A stretch of DNA of 64,000 nt, taken from the NCBI GenBank assembly GCA_963724295.1, contig CAVRUC010000003.1, forward strand, positions 1 through 64,000, in the 5' to 3' direction. This DNA is from an uncultured Chloroflexia bacterium. Its GTDB lineage: Bacteria; Chloroflexota; Chloroflexia; Thermomicrobiales; UBA6265. The notes beneath the pieces are model-generated. The model had not been told where the DNA came from and searched no databases. It worked only from the letters and a program-made list of their open reading frames with translations. The position numbers and the translations under genes were made by a program. Of the stretch, positions 18,062-28,081 are shown in pieces. Within the stretch, counting starts at the first letter, position 1. Every line of letters begins with the position of its first letter.

Positions 18062-18150
18062 TGTCATCCCGAGGCACGAGCTTGCAGGATCTCGTCTCGG
18101 CGCGTCCGCATGTGCCACTACAAGATTTTTCGCTGCCGCTCGGAATGACA
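18062..18150. repeat. Palindromic intergenic element with terminal inverted repeats TGTCATCCCGAG...CTCGGAATGACA
   Basis: 12-bp imperfect terminal inverted repeat and AGATTTTTCGCTGCCGCTCGGAATGACA arm typical of REP/RPE-like repeats. Confidence 0.7.
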
Positions 18151-18267
18151 CGTCAGGATTCGCGCCGGCTGACGCTCGCCGGCCGGGCACGCCACCTCGG
18201 GTTCAGCCCTCGCGGCCTGACCTGTTAGGATGAATCGCACCAATCAAGCCGGTCTCCCGGAGGAAGC

Positions 18268-18984
18268 ATGCCCCCCCAGCGATTCAGCGTTCGTTCCCTG
18301 TCGATCCTCACCGTTTTCATCCTCCTCTCGGTTGCATTAGCGGCGGTAACCGTCGCCCAGTCGCAGGAACCAAAACCCGAGCTCCCCGCGACGCCTGTCT
18401 CGCAACCCGCGACTCCGGTCTCACAACCCGCGACCCCGGTGTCCGATGACGCGGCCACCGGGGTCTCCGGATCGTCCTGGCAAGGTCCGAACTTTGGTGT
18501 AAGGATCCATTGGGATCCGGATGTCTGGTCCGTCGAAGGCGAGTTCATCGACGAGGGATATGACGCGTTGCAGATCGGCACGTCCATCTCAACCGTCTAC
18601 CTGGAGGCCTACAACGGCTTCGACGGCGATGCCGCCGCGTGCTTTGCGGCAGCCGAACAGGAGATTGGCGAACGCGAGGGTGTCTCGGAGGTCGTCCCGC
18701 TTTCCAATCGGCCGCTTCCTGTCGCCGAGGAGGTCCGAGGGGAAGCCGGGCTCTTTGGCGTGACGGCCACCCTACCGGACGGCAACACCTATCGCGGCGT
18801 CGAATATGTCGAGTGCCGAACCGTGATTCCGGGTCAAACGGTGCTCGAGATCACCTGGCAGGCCGTCATCCAGGCATTCAATGAAGACTTCGCGCATGTC
18901 GAGGAGCTTCTCGCCGCGATCGAGCTGCCCGCGGAATCGCTGCCCGCCACCCCGGTCGCGCCCGGTGCCACTCCCGTAGCCTGA
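18268..18984 (+). CDS. Secreted hypothetical protein with PATPV repeats
   Basis: Sec signal peptide; PATPVSQ tandem repeats at the N-terminus and PATPVAPGATPVA at the C-terminus; GGAGG RBS. Confidence 0.8.
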   Translation: MPPQRFSVRSLSILTVFILLSVALAAVTVAQSQEPKPELPATPVSQPATPVSQPATPVSDDAATGVSGSSWQGPNFGVRIHWDPDVWSVEGEFIDEGYDALQIGTSISTVYLEAYNGFDGDAAACFAAAEQEIGEREGVSEVVPLSNRPLPVAEEVRGEAGLFGVTATLPDGNTYRGVEYVECRTVIPGQTVLEITWQAVIQAFNEDFAHVEELLAAIELPAESLPATPVAPGATPVA

Positions 18985-18992
18985 CTACTGAC

Positions 18993-21900
18993 CTACTCCC
19001 CTCCCGATAGCGCCAGCGCGAAATAGCGCGCGTCGGGGTGGAGGACGACCAATGCCGCGGTCGTCTGCTCGGGGTCGAACTGGAAGCCTTCGGTAATGCG
19101 AATCCCGGCGGCTCCCGCATCGATCAGGCGGTCGACGATGGCATGCTGGGCCAGGTCGGGGCAGGAGGGATAGCCCCACGAATAGCGTTTGCCCTGATCG
19201 GGCCCGGCGCCGACCTCGGCCCGGATACGCGCGTGCGCGTAATCGGCCAGCCCTTCCGCGGTTTGCACGCTCAGGCCATGGGTGAAAAAGCTCTCGCTGT
19301 ACTCGCCGGCCGCTTGCAGCCGTTCGGTGAGCGCGGTCGCCTCGGCGCCGACTGTGACGATCTGGAAGACCGCGACGTCTCGTCGCCCTGAGGAGACCGG
19401 CAGGTAGTAGTCCGCCAGACAGAGTCGATCCCGGCGTGGTTGACGGGGGAAGGTGAACCGCGCGATCTCGCGCTCCGCCTCATCCGGGCTGAAGACCACC
19501 AGGTCATTGCCGTCGCGATTGGCCGGAAAGTAGCCATAGCGGATCCTGGGCCGCAACCAGCCTTGCTCGATCGCCTCACGCTGCATGCGCGCCAGCCGCG
19601 GCAGGAATTCGTCCCGCTGCAACTCTTCCCACGCCTCGTCCTTGACCCCCTTGCCGCCCCAGTGCAGGCGGAAGAGCGTCTTCAGGTCGAGGTGCGCCCA
19701 GACCTCGCTCAACTCGACCCGGTCCATCTCTCGCGCCCCCCAGAAGGGCGGGGAGATCGGTTCGACGTCGCGAACGGTCGAGCCGCCGGTGTCCAGCGCC
19801 TCCTCGGGGACGCTGAAGGCCGTCCGTCCTGGTCGCCCCAGCGCCTCGCGCGCCGCTTCCGCCGTCTGACGCACCAGATCGCCGCGGCGATCCGGATCGA
19901 CGAGGCGGTCCATCAGCGATAGCCCCTCGAAGGCATCCTTCGCGTAGAACACCCCGGGTTCGTAGGGAGTCTCCTCGTCGACGTAGAGGGTCCGCTGCGC
20001 GTAGCTGCGATTGATCGCCGCGCCGCCGATGATCACCGGATAGCGGTATCCGGCCCGGTGCAGCTCTTGCACGCAGAGGGGCATCTGCTTGCTGGTCGAT
20101 ACCAGCAGGGCCGACAGCCCGATCGCGGTGGCGTCCACCTCGACCGCCTTGTCGATGATCCGGTTCACCGGTACCTGCTTGCCCAGGTCGTGCACCGTGT
20201 AGCCGTTATTGCTGAGAATGGTGTTGACCAGATTCTTGCCGATGTCGTGGACGTCGCCATAGACGGTTGCCAGGACGACCGTCCCCTTGGTCACACCCTC
20301 CTGACGCTCCAGGTACGTCTCGAGCCGGCCCACGGCCCGCTTCATCGCCTCGGCTGACTGCAAGACGAATGGCAGGATCAGCTCACCGGCGCCGAACTTG
20401 TCGCCGACCTCCTTCATCGCCGGCAGCAGCACGGAGTTGAGCACCTCGACCGGGTCGCGCCTGCTGACCGCCAGATCGACCTGCTCTTCGATCCCCTCTT
20501 TCTTGCGATAGACGATCTGGTAATGGAGCTTCTCCTCCGGCGTCATGTCGGCCATGGGGTCCGGCCCACCGGCGGTCGTCTCTTCCTCGCGGCCTTCGAA
20601 ATGCTCGATCAGCCGCGCCAGGGCATCGTCCCGCCGCGCCAGCACGAGGTCCTCGGCCAGCTCGCGCTCGACCGCCGGGATCTCGGCAAACGGCATGACG
20701 TGCGAGGGATGGACGATGGCCAGGTCCAACCCGGCTTCTACGGCGTGGTAGAGGAAGACGGCATTGACGATCTTGCGAGCGACTGGATTGAGCCCGAACG
20801 AGACATTCGAGATACCCAGGATCGTCATCACCCCGGGCATCTCCGCCTCGATGGCGCGGATGCCGTCCAGTGTCTCGATTGCCGAGCGAACGAACTCTTC
20901 GTCGCCGGTCGAGAGCGGGAATGTCAGCGGGTCGAAGATCAGCGCCTCGGGCGCCAGTCCATACTCGCCGACCACGATGTCGTAGATCTTGCGCGCCGCC
21001 TCGAGCTTGCGGCTCGCCGTCTTGGCCATCCCCTCTTCGTCGATCGTCATCGCCACCACGGCGGCGCCGTGCGCCATAGCCAGCGGCATGACCGAATCGA
21101 TCTTGAGCCGTCCATTCTCCATGTTGATCGAGTTGATGATGGCGCGGCCGGGATACTGCTCCAGGGCGTCCTTGAGGACGTCCGCCTCGGTGGAGTCGAG
21201 CACGAGCGGCGCCTCGACATTGAGCGCCAGCTTCTTCACCAGCGCCCGCAGCATCTCCCGCTCATCGGTTCGCTCCGTCATCGCCACACAGACGTCGAGC
21301 GCGTGGGCGCCGCTGTCGACCTGCTCCCGGGCGACGACGATCATCCCGTCATAGTCATCGGCCAGCGCCAGACGCTTGACCTTGCGCGAGCCGAGGGTGT
21401 TGACTCGCTCGCCGACGATCAATGGCGCCGGGTCCTGCCGCAGATCGACCGCGCGCACCATCGACGCGGTCATCGCCAGCGGTTTCGCCGGGCGTGCGCT
21501 GAAGGGACGGCGCCCGATCTCCTGCACCAGCGTCGCCAGATGCTCGGGTGTCGTCCCGCAGCAGCCGCCGACGATGCCGATCCCGAACTGCTCGACCATC
21601 TCGCGCAGATCGCGAGCCATCTCGTCGGGTGCAAGGGGGTAGACGGCGAGTCCATTGACATTCAGCGGCAATCCGGCGTTGGGGATCACCGCCACCGGCC
21701 GCGTCGAGTGCTCGCCGAGATAGCGGGCGGGCTCGCGCATATGCTCCGGCCCGGTCGAGCAGTTCAGACCAACGACGTCGACCGGAAGAGACTCCAGGAC
21801 CGCGAGCGCGGCGGCGATATCGGTGCCGAGCAACATGCGACCGGCCGTGTCCAGCGTGACCTGAGCCTGGATCGGGATGTGGACTCCTGACTCTTCCCGC

Positions 21901-22460
21901 ACGCGCAGGATGGCATGGACCGCGGCCTTCAGCTCCAGGATGTCCTGCGTCGTCTCGATGATGAAGAGATCGCTGCCGCCGTCAGCCAGCCCGCGCACCT
22001 GGTCGAGGAACAGGTCGACCACGTCCCCGAAGCGGTGGTTTCCCAGGAGCGGGTCCTCAGAGGCCGGAAGCAATCCCGTCGGCCCGATGGAGCCGGCCAC
22101 GTACCGGGGCCGGTTGGCGGTGGAGTAACGATCGGCCACCCGCCGCGCCAGGGCTGCGGCCTCGCGGTTGACGTCGTAGGTCCGGTCGCCAAGACCATAT
22201 TCAGCCAGCTTCAGTTGGCTGCCGCCGAAGGTGTCCGTTTCGATGACGTCGACGCCGACCTCGAGAAACGACGCGTGGACCTCCTCGACGAGTCCCGGAT
22301 TGTGCAGCACGAGGTATTCGTTGCAGCCTTCGATGCCGCCGTAGCCGGCGGCATCCAGGTTGTAGTTCTGGATGGAGGTGCCCATCGCGCCGTCGAAGAC
22401 GATGACGCGATCGTGAACGAGATCGAGATACGATGGACGATCGACTGGACCGAGGGACAT
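18993..22460 (-). CDS. metH: Cobalamin-dependent methionine synthase
   Basis: DGAMGT, GLNC, GGCCGT (Hcy/Zn domain), pterin domain, DVHDIGKN B12 motif, RYSWGYPSCPDL activation domain. Confidence 0.97.
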   Translation of the reverse strand: MSLGPVDRPSYLDLVHDRVIVFDGAMGTSIQNYNLDAAGYGGIEGCNEYLVLHNPGLVEEVHASFLEVGVDVIETDTFGGSQLKLAEYGLGDRTYDVNREAAALARRVADRYSTANRPRYVAGSIGPTGLLPASEDPLLGNHRFGDVVDLFLDQVRGLADGGSDLFIIETTQDILELKAAVHAILRVREESGVHIPIQAQVTLDTAGRMLLGTDIAAALAVLESLPVDVVGLNCSTGPEHMREPARYLGEHSTRPVAVIPNAGLPLNVNGLAVYPLAPDEMARDLREMVEQFGIGIVGGCCGTTPEHLATLVQEIGRRPFSARPAKPLAMTASMVRAVDLRQDPAPLIVGERVNTLGSRKVKRLALADDYDGMIVVAREQVDSGAHALDVCVAMTERTDEREMLRALVKKLALNVEAPLVLDSTEADVLKDALEQYPGRAIINSINMENGRLKIDSVMPLAMAHGAAVVAMTIDEEGMAKTASRKLEAARKIYDIVVGEYGLAPEALIFDPLTFPLSTGDEEFVRSAIETLDGIRAIEAEMPGVMTILGISNVSFGLNPVARKIVNAVFLYHAVEAGLDLAIVHPSHVMPFAEIPAVERELAEDLVLARRDDALARLIEHFEGREEETTAGGPDPMADMTPEEKLHYQIVYRKKEGIEEQVDLAVSRRDPVEVLNSVLLPAMKEVGDKFGAGELILPFVLQSAEAMKRAVGRLETYLERQEGVTKGTVVLATVYGDVHDIGKNLVNTILSNNGYTVHDLGKQVPVNRIIDKAVEVDATAIGLSALLVSTSKQMPLCVQELHRAGYRYPVIIGGAAINRSYAQRTLYVDEETPYEPGVFYAKDAFEGLSLMDRLVDPDRRGDLVRQTAEAAREALGRPGRTAFSVPEEALDTGGSTVRDVEPISPPFWGAREMDRVELSEVWAHLDLKTLFRLHWGGKGVKDEAWEELQRDEFLPRLARMQREAIEQGWLRPRIRYGYFPANRDGNDLVVFSPDEAEREIARFTFPRQPRRDRLCLADYYLPVSSGRRDVAVFQIVTVGAEATALTERLQAAGEYSESFFTHGLSVQTAEGLADYAHARIRAEVGAGPDQGKRYSWGYPSCPDLAQHAIVDRLIDAGAAGIRITEGFQFDPEQTTAALVVLHPDARYFALALSGGE

Positions 22461-22677
22461 TGCGGGAAATCACTCCTGACGCTCAGGCCGCGAGTATAGG
22501 CGGCCCGCTTCGCCAGACGTTGTTCGGACTCCGGAGTAAGGAGCCGCGAACGGTGATTAGGGACGTACGGGTAGCGACGGCCAGTCATGGGACATTTCTG
22601 ATGTCCTATCATCAACGTGGCCTGCAAGTGCACGATGATCCTGTTTCCTCCTGGGAACGGATGGAGGAGAACCCCGA

Positions 22678-23286
22678 ATGCCGCACCGTTTGCTTGTCAT
22701 GGCGCTCGCGCTCTGGGCGCTCCTTGCGCCGTCGACTGCCGCCGCGCAGACGACCATCGACCTGGTCGTCGCCGACATCGACGCCTTTTGGGCGGAGCAA
22801 TTCGCCAACGCCGGGCTCACCTACACGTCCCCTGCGCTGGGCTCCATCGACGGACCAATGACAACCGGCTGCGGCGACATCGATCCCTACTACAGCCCCG
22901 GCGCCTACTGCGCGGCCGACCAGACGGTCTACTACTCGACCGCCTGGGCGCCGAACGACGCGGCGGGGGAGATTCTGTGGTGGACGGTGCTCAGCCACGA
23001 GTGGGGCCATCACATCCAGGGGCAGGTCGATACCGGCGTGAGCACTGTGCTCGACGCGGAACTGCAAGCCGATTGCTTCGCGGGCGCCTATATGAGCCAC
23101 GCCCAGGCGGTCGGTCTGGTCAGCCCCGACGCGGTATCGACGGCGCTGAGTCTGGTCCAGAGCGCCGGCGACGTCTGGTTCTTCCTGCCCGACGACGCCC
23201 CTGAGCACGGTAACAAGGCTGAGCGGGCGCTCGCCTTCATCAGGGGCCTGAACGGCAGCGTCGCCGATTGCGGGTTCTCCGCCTAG
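22678..23286 (+). CDS. Secreted neutral zinc metallopeptidase (YpfJ-like)
   Basis: Signal peptide; YC, HEWGHHIQ, ELQADCFAG, EHG...R. Confidence 0.85.
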   Translation: MPHRLLVMALALWALLAPSTAAAQTTIDLVVADIDAFWAEQFANAGLTYTSPALGSIDGPMTTGCGDIDPYYSPGAYCAADQTVYYSTAWAPNDAAGEILWWTVLSHEWGHHIQGQVDTGVSTVLDAELQADCFAGAYMSHAQAVGLVSPDAVSTALSLVQSAGDVWFFLPDDAPEHGNKAERALAFIRGLNGSVADCGFSA

Positions 23287-23397
23287 CACAACCAACCGTC
23301 ACCCCGACACCGCTGTTCGATCGCGCGGGTTGCCCGTAAACTGTCATTGGCTTTGGGGAAAGCCGAGCGGACCTGCATTACGGGAAAGGGGTGGGGG

Positions 23398-23995
23398 ATG
23401 GCACGACGATTCGTGCTTGCTCTGGCGATCGTGCTGACACTGCTCGCGCCATCGGTCGTCAAGGCGCAAACCGCGGCGGACGCGATTGCCGCCGATATCG
23501 ATGCCTGGTGGAGCGCGGAATTCGCCGCCCGCGGTCTGGCCTATAGCTCGCCCCGGCTCGAGCTGGTCTCGGAACCGGGGACGGAGTTTTGTGATTTCTT
23601 CGATGTCTTCTATGCGCCGGCAGGCTACTGCTTCACGAACCAGACGATCACGGTCTCGACCGGGTTCGTCGCACCTGACAACGTCGCCGTGCTATTGCCA
23701 CTCATCAGCCATGAGTGGGGTCACCACATCCAGAACCTGACTGACACCGGTGCCTACACCCCGCTCGAGCAGGAGTTGCAGGCCGACTGCTTCGCCGGGG
23801 CCTTCATTGCCTTCGCGGCGGATTCAGATTGGATCAGCCCGGTGGTCGCCGCCATGGCGCTGCAGCTGACGCAGTCAGCCGGGGACGTCTGGTGGGAAGG
23901 GTACGTTCGACGAGGCCATCCACGGTACCAAGGCCGACCGCGCCATCGCCTTCATGGCCGGGCAGAGCGGTGGTCTGGAGGCGTGCGGTCTCTAG
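23398..23995 (+). CDS. Second YpfJ-like zinc metallopeptidase, tandem paralog; frameshift near 23900
   Basis: HEWGHHIQ, ELQADCFAG; the alternative frame gives TFDEAIHGTKADRAIAFMAGQSGGLEACGL*, matching the paralog's C-terminus. Confidence 0.82.
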
Positions 23996-24023
23996 TCCTC
24001 CGGGGCAGACTTCAGGAATAGCA

Positions 24024-24053
24024 ACGCCCCGCGGGTCAATGCCCGCGGGGCGT
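24024..24053. terminator. Hairpin terminator between convergent genes
   Basis: ACGCCCCGCGGG-TCAATG-CCCGCGGGGCGT. Confidence 0.75.
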
Positions 24054-24078
24054 CTTCGTTACGGCTGCCTGCGTGTGG

Positions 24079-24360
24079 CTAGGTGCGTCCCTGGACCGCC
24101 CGCAAGATGAAGAGCAGGATCACGGCGCCGATGACAGCGGCGATGAAGCTGCCGATGTTCCATTCGAGGGTGAACTGGCCACCACCGAACAGCAATCCGA
24201 AGATCAAGCCGCCAAGGAAGGCGCCGATGATGCCGACGATGATATTGCCGAGCCAACCCTGCCGGGCGTTATCGCCGGCAATCATGCTCGCTACCCAACC
24301 AGCGAGCGCTCCGAACACGATCCAGGAGATGATCCCGAAGCTACTGTTGACGTCCATCAC
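24079..24360 (-). CDS. GlsB/YeaQ/YmgE family small membrane protein
   Basis: GIISWIVFGALAGWVASMI..NIIVGIIGAFLGG..AVIGAVILL. Confidence 0.92.
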   Translation of the reverse strand: MMDVNSSFGIISWIVFGALAGWVASMIAGDNARQGWLGNIIVGIIGAFLGGLIFGLLFGGGQFTLEWNIGSFIAAVIGAVILLFILRAVQGRT

Positions 24361-24429
24361 TGCCCTCCCGACTCCCCAGCCGGACGTCCCGGCGTGCCCC
24401 TAGTGTAACAGCGAAAAGCCGCTAGCGGT

Positions 24430-24822
24430 TCATTTCTTTCGTCCAATTTCAAGAGTGGTCGATTCGGGCGCCGGTGGGAGCCATTCCTCCGCCCAGGTCG
24501 ACACCGCCGCGATCACCTCGCTGAGCGCCTCTCCCTTTTCTGTAAGGCCGTAATCCACGCGCACCGGGGTCGAGGCGACGACGGTGCGCCTGACGATCCC
24601 CTCCGCCTCCAGCTCCTTGAGACGCTCGGAGAGGAGCCGGTCGCTCAATCCAGGCACCACTGAGGCAATGTCGCTAAATCGGGCTTCGCCCGAAAGCATC
24701 GCGCGCAAGATCGCGCCCGTCCACCGCCTGCCGATCAGCTCGATCGCACGGTGATACGTCGGGCAGAAGGCGCTGAGATGGACCGCGCACTCATCACGTT
24801 CTCGATCATTCATAGGAGTCAT
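24430..24822 (-). CDS. HxlR/DUF24 redox-sensing transcriptional regulator (CatR/YodB/QsrR-like)
   Basis: FCP, ELIGRRWTGAIL, RFSDI, LSERLKELE, VDYGLTEKG. Confidence 0.9.
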   Translation of the reverse strand: MTPMNDRERDECAVHLSAFCPTYHRAIELIGRRWTGAILRAMLSGEARFSDIASVVPGLSDRLLSERLKELEAEGIVRRTVVASTPVRVDYGLTEKGEALSEVIAAVSTWAEEWLPPAPESTTLEIGRKK

Positions 24823-24860
24823 CTTCTCACCTCGAGCCGGCATGCGCGACTCGTTTAGTT

Positions 24861-24886
24861 AGTCACTTGACAAAGGTAAGTTGACT
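24861..24886. promoter_or_regulatory. Putative HxlR-family operator overlapping a TTGACA -35 element
   Basis: Imperfect palindrome AGTCACTTGAC-AAAG-GTAAGTTGACT in the divergent intergenic region. Confidence 0.6.
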
Positions 24887-24986
24887 TACGATAGAGTGTA
24901 CCACGCCACGAGATTGTGGCCCAGTTTTTTGTGGGAAGGCCCCAGGACAACGGACGGGCATATCACCCGCGTTGAGGAGACAAGCG

Positions 24987-25559
24987 ATGAGCACAGCGGA
25001 AACGGTGACGAACGCAGGCACCGATACAGCCACCAGGACGGTTTGGACGATCGACCCCAGTCACTCGGGTGCGTCGTTCACGGTCCGCCACATGTTCACC
25101 AAGGTGCGCGGCCGCTTCACCGATCTGTCCGGCACGATCGAGACCGAAGGTGACAGCTTCACCAATGGCCGGGTCTCGGTCGAGATCAACGCCGATACGA
25201 TCGACACCAACGACGCGCAACGCGATGCCCACCTGCGCACCAACGATTTCTTCGGTACCGGCGAGAATCCCACGATCACGTTTCAATCGACCTCGGTCAC
25301 TCCCAGGGGCGACAACCAGTTCATGATTCATGGCGACCTGACGATCCGTGGCGTCACCCGCCCGGTCACCCTGGAAGCGGAATACGAGGGCGGCGGCAAG
25401 ACCCCATTCGGCACCGAGGTCGCCTCCTGGACCGCGCGGACGGAGATCGATCGCAAGGACTTCGACCTGACCTGGAATGCGCCGCTCGAGGCCGGCGGCT
25501 TTCTGGTCGGCGACGACGTCAAGATCGAGCTCGATATCGAAGCGGTCAAGCAGTCCTGA
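24987..25559 (+). CDS. YceI family polyisoprenoid-binding protein
   Basis: WTIDPSHS..F.VRH..VRGRF, RDAHLRT.DFF, GDLTIRGVTRPV, DRKDF. Confidence 0.93.
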   Translation: MSTAETVTNAGTDTATRTVWTIDPSHSGASFTVRHMFTKVRGRFTDLSGTIETEGDSFTNGRVSVEINADTIDTNDAQRDAHLRTNDFFGTGENPTITFQSTSVTPRGDNQFMIHGDLTIRGVTRPVTLEAEYEGGGKTPFGTEVASWTARTEIDRKDFDLTWNAPLEAGGFLVGDDVKIELDIEAVKQS

Positions 25560-25560
25560 C

Positions 25561-25663
25561 GAGGGTGGCGGGGTGATGTACTCGCTCCGCTCGTGGTGGC
25601 AGGGTGGCGGGGTCATCATTCTCCCTGCCACCCCGCCACCCCGCCACCCCGCCACCCCATCAC
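25561..25663. repeat. Dispersed intergenic element built from GGGTGGCG/CGCCACCC octamers, copy 1
   Basis: First ~75 nt nearly identical to the copy starting at 42771. Confidence 0.85.
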
Positions 25664-26322
25664 CCGCGTCCAAACGCCTCGTCGAGGATCGTTCGCGCCG
25701 CTTCCAGCTCATCGCGGTTGACGGTGTGACCCATTCCCGGATAGAGACGAACGTCAACCGCCGCTCCCAGCCGCTCTAGCGCCACGGCGGACTCCTCGAC
25801 CCGCTCCTTTGGGATATGCGGATCGACGTCGCTGCAGCCCAGGAACACCGGTGTGCCGTCCAGCGAACCCGCGAAGTCGAACGAGGTCCCCGGCGGGCCG
25901 ATCAGCCCCCCGCTAAACCCGATAACCCCGGCATACCGCCGCGCATTCCGCGCCGCGGCTTCCAGCGCCAGACAGGCACCCTGCGAGAAGCCCATCAGCG
26001 CGACGCGCTCGGGCGGGATGCCATGCTCACCGACCTGCGCGATCAGATCGGCGACGATCCGCAACGCGGAAGAGAGATACGGCTCGTTCCGTTCCGTTGG
26101 TTCGAGAAAGCGATAGGGGTACCAGGTATTCCCAGCCGCCTGCGGAGCCAGAATCGTGACGTTGGGCGGCGCAATCTCCCTACCAAGTGCGATGATGTCC
26201 TCGGCGCCGCCGCCGCGGCCGTGAATCGCGATCAGGGCGCCGGCCGTAGTCTCGAGCGGCGCTCCCCCCATGAGCACGCGCTCGCCGCCGTGCGGGTGCC
26301 GTGCCGCGTCCGGTCTCGCCAT
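25660..26322 (-). CDS. Alpha/beta hydrolase, phospholipase/carboxylesterase (MhqD-like)
   Basis: HGRGG, GFSQG nucleophile elbow, DPHIP, GMGH. Confidence 0.9.
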   Translation of the reverse strand: MARPDAARHPHGGERVLMGGAPLETTAGALIAIHGRGGGAEDIIALGREIAPPNVTILAPQAAGNTWYPYRFLEPTERNEPYLSSALRIVADLIAQVGEHGIPPERVALMGFSQGACLALEAAARNARRYAGVIGFSGGLIGPPGTSFDFAGSLDGTPVFLGCSDVDPHIPKERVEESAVALERLGAAVDVRLYPGMGHTVNRDELEAARTILDEAFGRG

Positions 26323-26423
26323 GGCTCTTCTCCTTCAAGTTCGAGTTCACGTTCAGGGCTGGCATCCAACCTGTTGCATCGCCAGCGCATCATCGCATCC
26401 TTGAAGCGGGGAAAGGATTGCTC

Positions 26424-27518
26424 GTGACCGGTCTACCTGCCGCTTACCGCATCAATGGCATCCACCACCTGACCGCCGTTTCGCGTGACGCCCAGCGCAC
26501 GGTGGACTTCTACACCGGATCCCTCGGCCTGCGCCTGATCAAGCAGACCGTCAATTTCGACGACCCCTCGTCGTATCACCTCTATTTCGCCGACGAGGAG
26601 AACGGGCCAGGTGTGCTGACCTTCTTCGAGTGGAAAGGCGCCGCCCGAGGGGCGTACGGCATCGGCGGTACGCACCATCTCGCCTTCGAGACGCGGGATC
26701 GCGACACGCTGCTGCAGTGGAAACGCTGGCTTACCGACGGCGGGATCCGGGTCACCGGTCCCTACAACCGGGTCTACTTCGAAAGCATCTACTTCACCGA
26801 TCCGGATGGCCTGATCCTGGAGATCGCGACGCGGGGACCCGGCTGGACGCTCGATGAGTCCCCGCACGCCCTGGGTTCCGAGGTGAAGCTGCCGCCGCTG
26901 GAAACGACGGCCAACCATCGCGACGAGGCGGCCATTGCCGCCGAGACCTGGCCAGATCCGATCCCGCAACCCACGCCGGAAATGCGCCTGCGGCGGATGC
27001 ACCACATCACCGCGATCGGTTCCGACGCGGGGCAGATCGAGCACTTCTTCGCCGGTATTCTGGGCATGCGGTTGGTGAAGCGGACGGTCAATTTCGACGA
27101 TCCGAGCTCGCCCCATTGCTATTTCGGCGTCGGCGACGGCGCACCCGGCACGATCGTCACCTACTTCGCCTATCCGCATGGCGCCATGCGGCCGGTCAGA
27201 ATGGGCGCTGGACTGACCCATCATTTCGCATTGAGCGTCTCCGACGAAGACGCGCTGGCATGGTGGCGCGACCACCTCAACGCGAGCGGTGTGCCGACGA
27301 CCGAGATCAGGGACCGCGCATACTTTCGCAGCATCTCTTTTCACGACCCGGACGGTCACATCATCGAGATCGCCACCGACACCCCGGGATTCACGACCGA
27401 TGAGACACTGCCGGAGCTAGGACGGACGCTGCAATTGCCCTCCTGGCTCGCATCCCGGCGGGAAGAGATCGAGCGAAATCTCACCCCGATTACCGTACGC
27501 GAACCGATTGGTCGCTAG
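26424..27518 (+). CDS. VOC-family ring-cleaving dioxygenase (MhqO/MhqE-like)
   Basis: GIHHLTA, K.TVNFDDP, HHLAF, R.YF.SIYF.DPDG..EIAT..PG, LG..L.LP.WL. Confidence 0.88.
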   Translation: MTGLPAAYRINGIHHLTAVSRDAQRTVDFYTGSLGLRLIKQTVNFDDPSSYHLYFADEENGPGVLTFFEWKGAARGAYGIGGTHHLAFETRDRDTLLQWKRWLTDGGIRVTGPYNRVYFESIYFTDPDGLILEIATRGPGWTLDESPHALGSEVKLPPLETTANHRDEAAIAAETWPDPIPQPTPEMRLRRMHHITAIGSDAGQIEHFFAGILGMRLVKRTVNFDDPSSPHCYFGVGDGAPGTIVTYFAYPHGAMRPVRMGAGLTHHFALSVSDEDALAWWRDHLNASGVPTTEIRDRAYFRSISFHDPDGHIIEIATDTPGFTTDETLPELGRTLQLPSWLASRREEIERNLTPITVREPIGR

Positions 27519-27539
27519 CGAACGAGCAGGAGAACGCCA

Positions 27540-28064
27540 ATGGCTACGACGTCCAACCCGACAGGAACGACACCAGCCCAGCCCTCGATCCATCCCCAGA
27601 CCAGCATTGGCCACGTCCACCTCAAGGTCGCGGACCTGCCGCGCGCCATCGCGTTCTATCGCGACGCGCTTGGATTCGACCTCATGGAGCAGATGGGAAA
27701 CAGCGCCGCGTTCCTCTCGGCGGGTGGCTATCACCACCACATCGGTCTCAACACCTGGGAAAGTCGCGGCGGCTCGCCGCCGGCCCCCGGCACCACCGGG
27801 CTCTACCACGTCGCCATCCTCTACCCGTCGCGGCTGGAGCTGGCTCGCGCCCTGAAGCGGCTCGTCGACTACGGCGTGCCCATCGACGGCGCGTCGGACC
27901 ACGGGGTGAGCGAGGCGATCTACCTCCACGACCCCGATGGCAACGGTATCGAGATATACCGCGATCGGCCCCGCGAGGAGTGGCCCCGAGATCCTGACGG
28001 CAGCTTCGCCATGATCAATGCCCCACTCGACTTGCGGGCACTCCTGGGCGAGCTGGACGGATAG
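27540..28064 (+). CDS. VOC family protein (single-module CatE-like)
   Basis: IGHVHLKV, FLSAGGYHHHIGLNTW, GLYHVAIL, DHGVSEAIYLHDPDGNGIEIY. Confidence 0.9.
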   Translation: MATTSNPTGTTPAQPSIHPQTSIGHVHLKVADLPRAIAFYRDALGFDLMEQMGNSAAFLSAGGYHHHIGLNTWESRGGSPPAPGTTGLYHVAILYPSRLELARALKRLVDYGVPIDGASDHGVSEAIYLHDPDGNGIEIYRDRPREEWPRDPDGSFAMINAPLDLRALLGELDG

Positions 28065-28081
28065 GTAGGGACGCCGGCATC

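Noticed and set aside
22461..22677. SAM, SAH or cobalamin riboswitch upstream of metH
   Set aside because: No matching consensus seen; a TATACT -10 box at 22493-22498 sits only ~30 nt from the start codon, leaving no room.
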